Below are positions 60,938 through 64,000 of a stretch of 64,000 nt of DNA, one piece after another. A program made the position numbers and the translations under genes. Position 1 is the stretch's first letter; the number at the start of each line of letters is the position of its first letter. Source of the DNA: an uncultured Actinomycetes bacterium (GTDB lineage: Bacteria; Actinomycetota; Thermoleophilia; RBG-16-64-13); NCBI GenBank assembly GCA_963706025.1, contig CAVPLM010000005.1, positions 544,001-608,000 of the forward strand. The letters run 5' to 3'. A model generated the notes under the pieces. The model had not been told where the DNA came from, did not search any database, and was given only the letters and a program-made list of their open reading frames with translations.

Positions 60938-62089
60938 CTATCCGCCTTCGTTGAGGATCTGCAAGTACCCGTCGTAGGCGAACACGCGCCCGCGGCGGCG
61001 CCCGGTTAGCTCATGCAGCACCCCGAGCCCGATCAGAGCCTCGACAGCCCGCGCAGCGGTGGGGTAGGCGATTCCGGTCTGCCGGGCCAGATAGTCGATG
61101 TGGCCCAGGGGACGATGCCGCAGGGCTTCAAAGACACGCAGCGTGTTGGCAGCAGCGCGACCGAGGCCCTGAATCCGTTCTTGGTCTTCCTGGAACATGG
61201 CCAGCAATCGGTGGGCGGTGTCGACCGCACCTGTCGCGGTTTCCCGTACTCCCTCGAGAAAGAAGTCTAGCCAGGCCTCCCAGTCGCCGGTATCACGCAT
61301 GGAGTTCAGCAGCCGGTAGTACTCGGCCCGGTTCTGCTTGAAATACAGGCTCAGGTAGAGAAGTGGCTGCCGCAGCACCCCGTCATGATGCAGAAGAAGG
61401 GCAATCAGCAGTCTGCCCACCCGGCCGTTGCCATCGAGAAAGGGGTGAATGGATTCGAACTGCACGTGGGTAAGAGCCGCCTTGGTAAGGACTCCCGGCG
61501 CGGCAGGGTCATGGATGAACCGTTCGAGCGACACCATACACGGCTCCACCTCCTGCGGGGGCGGAGGAACAAACTGAGCATTGCCGGGACGAGTGCCACC
61601 GATCCAGTTCTGGCTGGTACGGAACTCGCCCGGCTGCTTGCCTGCGCCCCGCCCGCGGGAAAGGAGCCGCGCGTGAATCTCGCGGATCAGCCGATTGGAC
61701 AGTGGAAAACCTTCGGCCAGGCGAGTAAGCCCATGCTCTAGGGCCGCTGCGTAGTTGGAGACCTCTACCACGTCGTCGAAGGGCACGCCCGGTGCCTCCT
61801 CAAGTTCGAAGAGCAGTAGGTCGGAGAGCGAGGACTGAGTTCCCTCGATCTGGCTGGATAGCACTGCCTCCCTGCGCACATAGGCGTACAGGAACAAATC
61901 GGGATCTGGCAGCAGAGCCGTGATGGCATCGAGTCGGCCGCAAGCCAGCAGGGCGTTTTCTAACAGGCGCTGGCGCCCATGATCCATCTCGATGGGCGGC
62001 CGCGGCGGCAAGGCTGCGGGCACGAAGGCCTGGACTCGCTCACCCGCCACCGCGGTGACCTCCAATCGCCCGGTCATTCCACGCTGCAT
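60938..62089 (-). CDS. Fic family protein (class II, with C-terminal wHTH)
   Basis: HPFLDGNGRVGR catalytic motif and N-terminal SSQIEG inhibitory motif. Confidence 0.93.
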   Translation of the reverse strand: MQRGMTGRLEVTAVAGERVQAFVPAALPPRPPIEMDHGRQRLLENALLACGRLDAITALLPDPDLFLYAYVRREAVLSSQIEGTQSSLSDLLLFELEEAPGVPFDDVVEVSNYAAALEHGLTRLAEGFPLSNRLIREIHARLLSRGRGAGKQPGEFRTSQNWIGGTRPGNAQFVPPPPQEVEPCMVSLERFIHDPAAPGVLTKAALTHVQFESIHPFLDGNGRVGRLLIALLLHHDGVLRQPLLYLSLYFKQNRAEYYRLLNSMRDTGDWEAWLDFFLEGVRETATGAVDTAHRLLAMFQEDQERIQGLGRAAANTLRVFEALRHRPLGHIDYLARQTGIAYPTAARAVEALIGLGVLHELTGRRRGRVFAYDGYLQILNEGG

Positions 62090-62131
62090 CTGAAGCTCCC
62101 TTGTTCTCACAAGCGTAAATAGCCGTGAACA

Positions 62132-62163
62132 TTATTAACACATCATGGCATAAGTGTTAATAA
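62132..62163. promoter_or_regulatory. AT-rich inverted repeat upstream of the Fic gene
   Basis: TTATTAACAC-N12-GTGTTAATAA. Confidence 0.55.
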
Positions 62164-62330
62164 CGCGGACGCTGTACCCGCCATATTCAAGGTTACGGAC
62201 GACACGGCCGATTGGCCAGACGCCTGGTCGGCCCGCTGATAAGTCAGCAGCCGCTGCGGTGTTTCGCCCTCAGCCCATCCCCACTCGCCCCAGAGGGCAA
62301 AAAAGGTCATGCCGCTCCCCCGCGCCTGGG

Positions 62331-62882
62331 TTACGACGCCTTACGGGCCGCCACCCGGAGCTCGCGCAGTAGCTCTGCGAATCTCGTGGGCGTGTAGTGC
62401 GCATTGAGACCGCTGGTGTTGGGCAGCACCCAGATACGCGAACCTCCGATTCTCTCCTCCTGAAGTCCCAGCAACACCTTCCGCCGGCCGAACGCCGTGG
62501 CGTAGGCGCCGATTCCCACAAAGGCCGTCCAGGCAGGAGAGTAGCGGGCCACCTTGTCTTCGAGGGTGACCTTCCCGCCGCGCAACTCCTCAGCCGAGAG
62601 CTCAGATGCCGCGGCGGTCGCCCGGGACACGAGATTGGTGATGCCCAGACCCCAGATCGGCAGCTCTCCGTCCTCGTCGGGGCGCAGCAAGCGGGGGGTG
62701 AAGCCGGCCTCGTGCAAGGCTGGCCAGAAGCGGTTACCCGGTCGGGCGAAGTGATGACCCACGGCGGCCGAGTAGAGCCCCGGATTGATGCCGACAAAGA
62801 GCACAACCAATCCGGGAGCGATGACGTCGGGAACGGTGTTCCCGACTGCAGCCTGCAGCTCAGCCTGTGTGGGTCTTCGCAC
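62331..62882 (-). CDS. mug: G/U mismatch-specific DNA glycosylase
   Basis: GINPG, HHFARPGNRFW, GITN and LPNTSGLN motifs. Confidence 0.93.
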   Translation of the reverse strand: MRRPTQAELQAAVGNTVPDVIAPGLVVLFVGINPGLYSAAVGHHFARPGNRFWPALHEAGFTPRLLRPDEDGELPIWGLGITNLVSRATAAASELSAEELRGGKVTLEDKVARYSPAWTAFVGIGAYATAFGRRKVLLGLQEERIGGSRIWVLPNTSGLNAHYTPTRFAELLRELRVAARKAS

Positions 62883-63134
62883 CGTCTGATGTCAACCTTC
62901 CACGGCCTCTTTCGCTCTCTTTCAACTCACACCCTCGAAGCACAGCATACCGGAACCGTCCCGACCCCCTCCCCCTCCTTGCTGCCCCGATTCACTGAGG
63001 AAGCGTCAGTTGCCCAACTCACTGACAGATAGTGCGAAGGTCACCCTGAAATGTGGCCCCGTCATAAGGAAATCCCCGAGGTCTGCCAACGCAGCGCCAA
63101 CGCGGGGAACTGTTGACGACCCGCTGACTAGGCA

Positions 63135-63398
63135 TCAGTCGTAGTGCGTCCACATCCTCAGCACCTTGACGATCTGTTCGTCCTCCAGCACCTGGTAGAC
63201 CAGTCGGTGCTGGATGTTGATGCGTCGGGAGTAAGCGCCACTCAGGTCTCCAACCACCTTCTCGTAAGGTGGCGGCGACTGGAATGGGTCCTCTTCCAGC
63301 ACGCGAAGCAGCCCTTGAGTCTTCTCTTTGAGCCCGGCAGAGGCGAGGCGCTTGGCGTCCTTTTGGGCCTGCTTCGTGTAGAGGAGCCGCCAGCTCAC
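63135..63398 (-). CDS. yoeB: Txe/YoeB-family toxin
   Basis: YSRRINIQHRLVY...MWTHY. Confidence 0.92.
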   Translation of the reverse strand: MSWRLLYTKQAQKDAKRLASAGLKEKTQGLLRVLEEDPFQSPPPYEKVVGDLSGAYSRRINIQHRLVYQVLEDEQIVKVLRMWTHYD

Positions 63399-63637
63399 CA
63401 GTCCAACTTGTCATGAAGTTCACCCACTGGTGTAGCCATGCCCTCGAGAATGGACTCCCGCATACCGGGGATCGAGACCAGGTGCAGTGTCTCCTGGACG
63501 GCACGCCAGTCGCCTTCCGAAACCAATACGGCGCTGCTACGCGGGCCCGTGATCTCGATAGGATCGTGGGAGTCGGATACCTCATCAAGAAGCTTGTAGA
63601 GTCGCTTGCGAGCTTCGGTCGCGCTGATGGTTGTCAC
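63395..63637 (-). CDS. yefM: Phd/YefM-family antitoxin
   Basis: ATEARKRLY.LLDEV, AVLVS..DW...QETL. 4-bp overlap with the toxin gene. Confidence 0.92.
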   Translation of the reverse strand: MTTISATEARKRLYKLLDEVSDSHDPIEITGPRSSAVLVSEGDWRAVQETLHLVSIPGMRESILEGMATPVGELHDKLDW

Positions 63638-63655
63638 AACGACTACCTCCTCATA

Positions 63656-63673
63656 CGTACGGTAAAGCGTACG
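63656..63673. promoter_or_regulatory. YefM-YoeB-type operator
   Basis: Two CGTACG palindromes 12 bp apart, just upstream of the antitoxin RBS. Confidence 0.65.
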
Positions 63674-63705
63674 CTAAGAGGCCACCGTAGTCAAGGCCCT
63701 CATCC

Positions 63706-63999
63706 CTATGTTTCACTTTGTTTGCGGCACCCGCTAGACTTCACCCAGCCGGGTTCTCGCCCATCGGAATGCACGTGCCGCTTGTAGGCATCGTCGCCGG
63801 GATGCCCGCCGAGATGCTGCTTCACCCACACGAGCTTGTCTGACCAGGCCGACACATTCTCCCAAGGCGCGGTGGACAAGATGTACGTGTCGAACAGTTG
63901 CGACAGCTCTCGGTAGGCCTCGAGCGCGCCCGGCATCGGATCCATGAGCGCGAAGATACCGGGAACGTCGTCAAGCCTGCCCTCGTACTCGCGCTGCTC
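63706..63999 (-). pseudogene. 5'(3')-deoxyribonucleotidase (NT5C)-like gene, running off the window and C-terminally truncated
   Basis: PGIF..MDPMPGALEA, YILSTAPWEN and AWSDKL.WV motifs. Homology stops after AYKR, and the LIDD motif is absent. Confidence 0.65.
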
Positions 64000-64000
64000 T

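Overview
GC-rich bacterial DNA. Its gene content (hcp, flavodiiron protein, rubrerythrin, transcarboxylase-like genes, SLH and CWB2 surface proteins) suggests an anaerobic monoderm, plausibly an Actinomycetota lineage (inference). About 1-39.6 kb is mostly core or stress metabolism: Zur-type regulator with metal ABC genes, hcpR-hcp, hisG, fprA, gabT, reverse rubrerythrin, an unusual glmU-like/glmM/nagB/nucleotidyltransferase operon, a MazEF-type pair, a TPR protein, a 12S/5S/1.3S-like carboxyltransferase cluster, rmuC, an animal-type thioester (A2M/CD109-like) lipoprotein, and serA-serC. A tRNA-3'-end-like fragment at 39669 precedes an accessory region holding six SLH-anchored surface proteins with swapped passenger domains, degenerate GGDEF and HD-GYP proteins, Fic, Mug and a YefM-YoeB pair. 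Main non-coding discoveries: (i) a ~165-bp MITE family with 18-bp TIRs and TWA target duplications (4 copies, one carrying a nested structured insert); (ii) a same-strand family of ~40-bp hairpins with a conserved CCRAG...GCTACC core (7-8 copies), which twice brackets a shared promoter block plus an unrelated small ORF, like a gene cassette. Several genes carry small frameshifts, some at homopolymers, that may be sequencing errors. No rRNA, intact tRNA, CRISPR array, transposase or integrase was seen.
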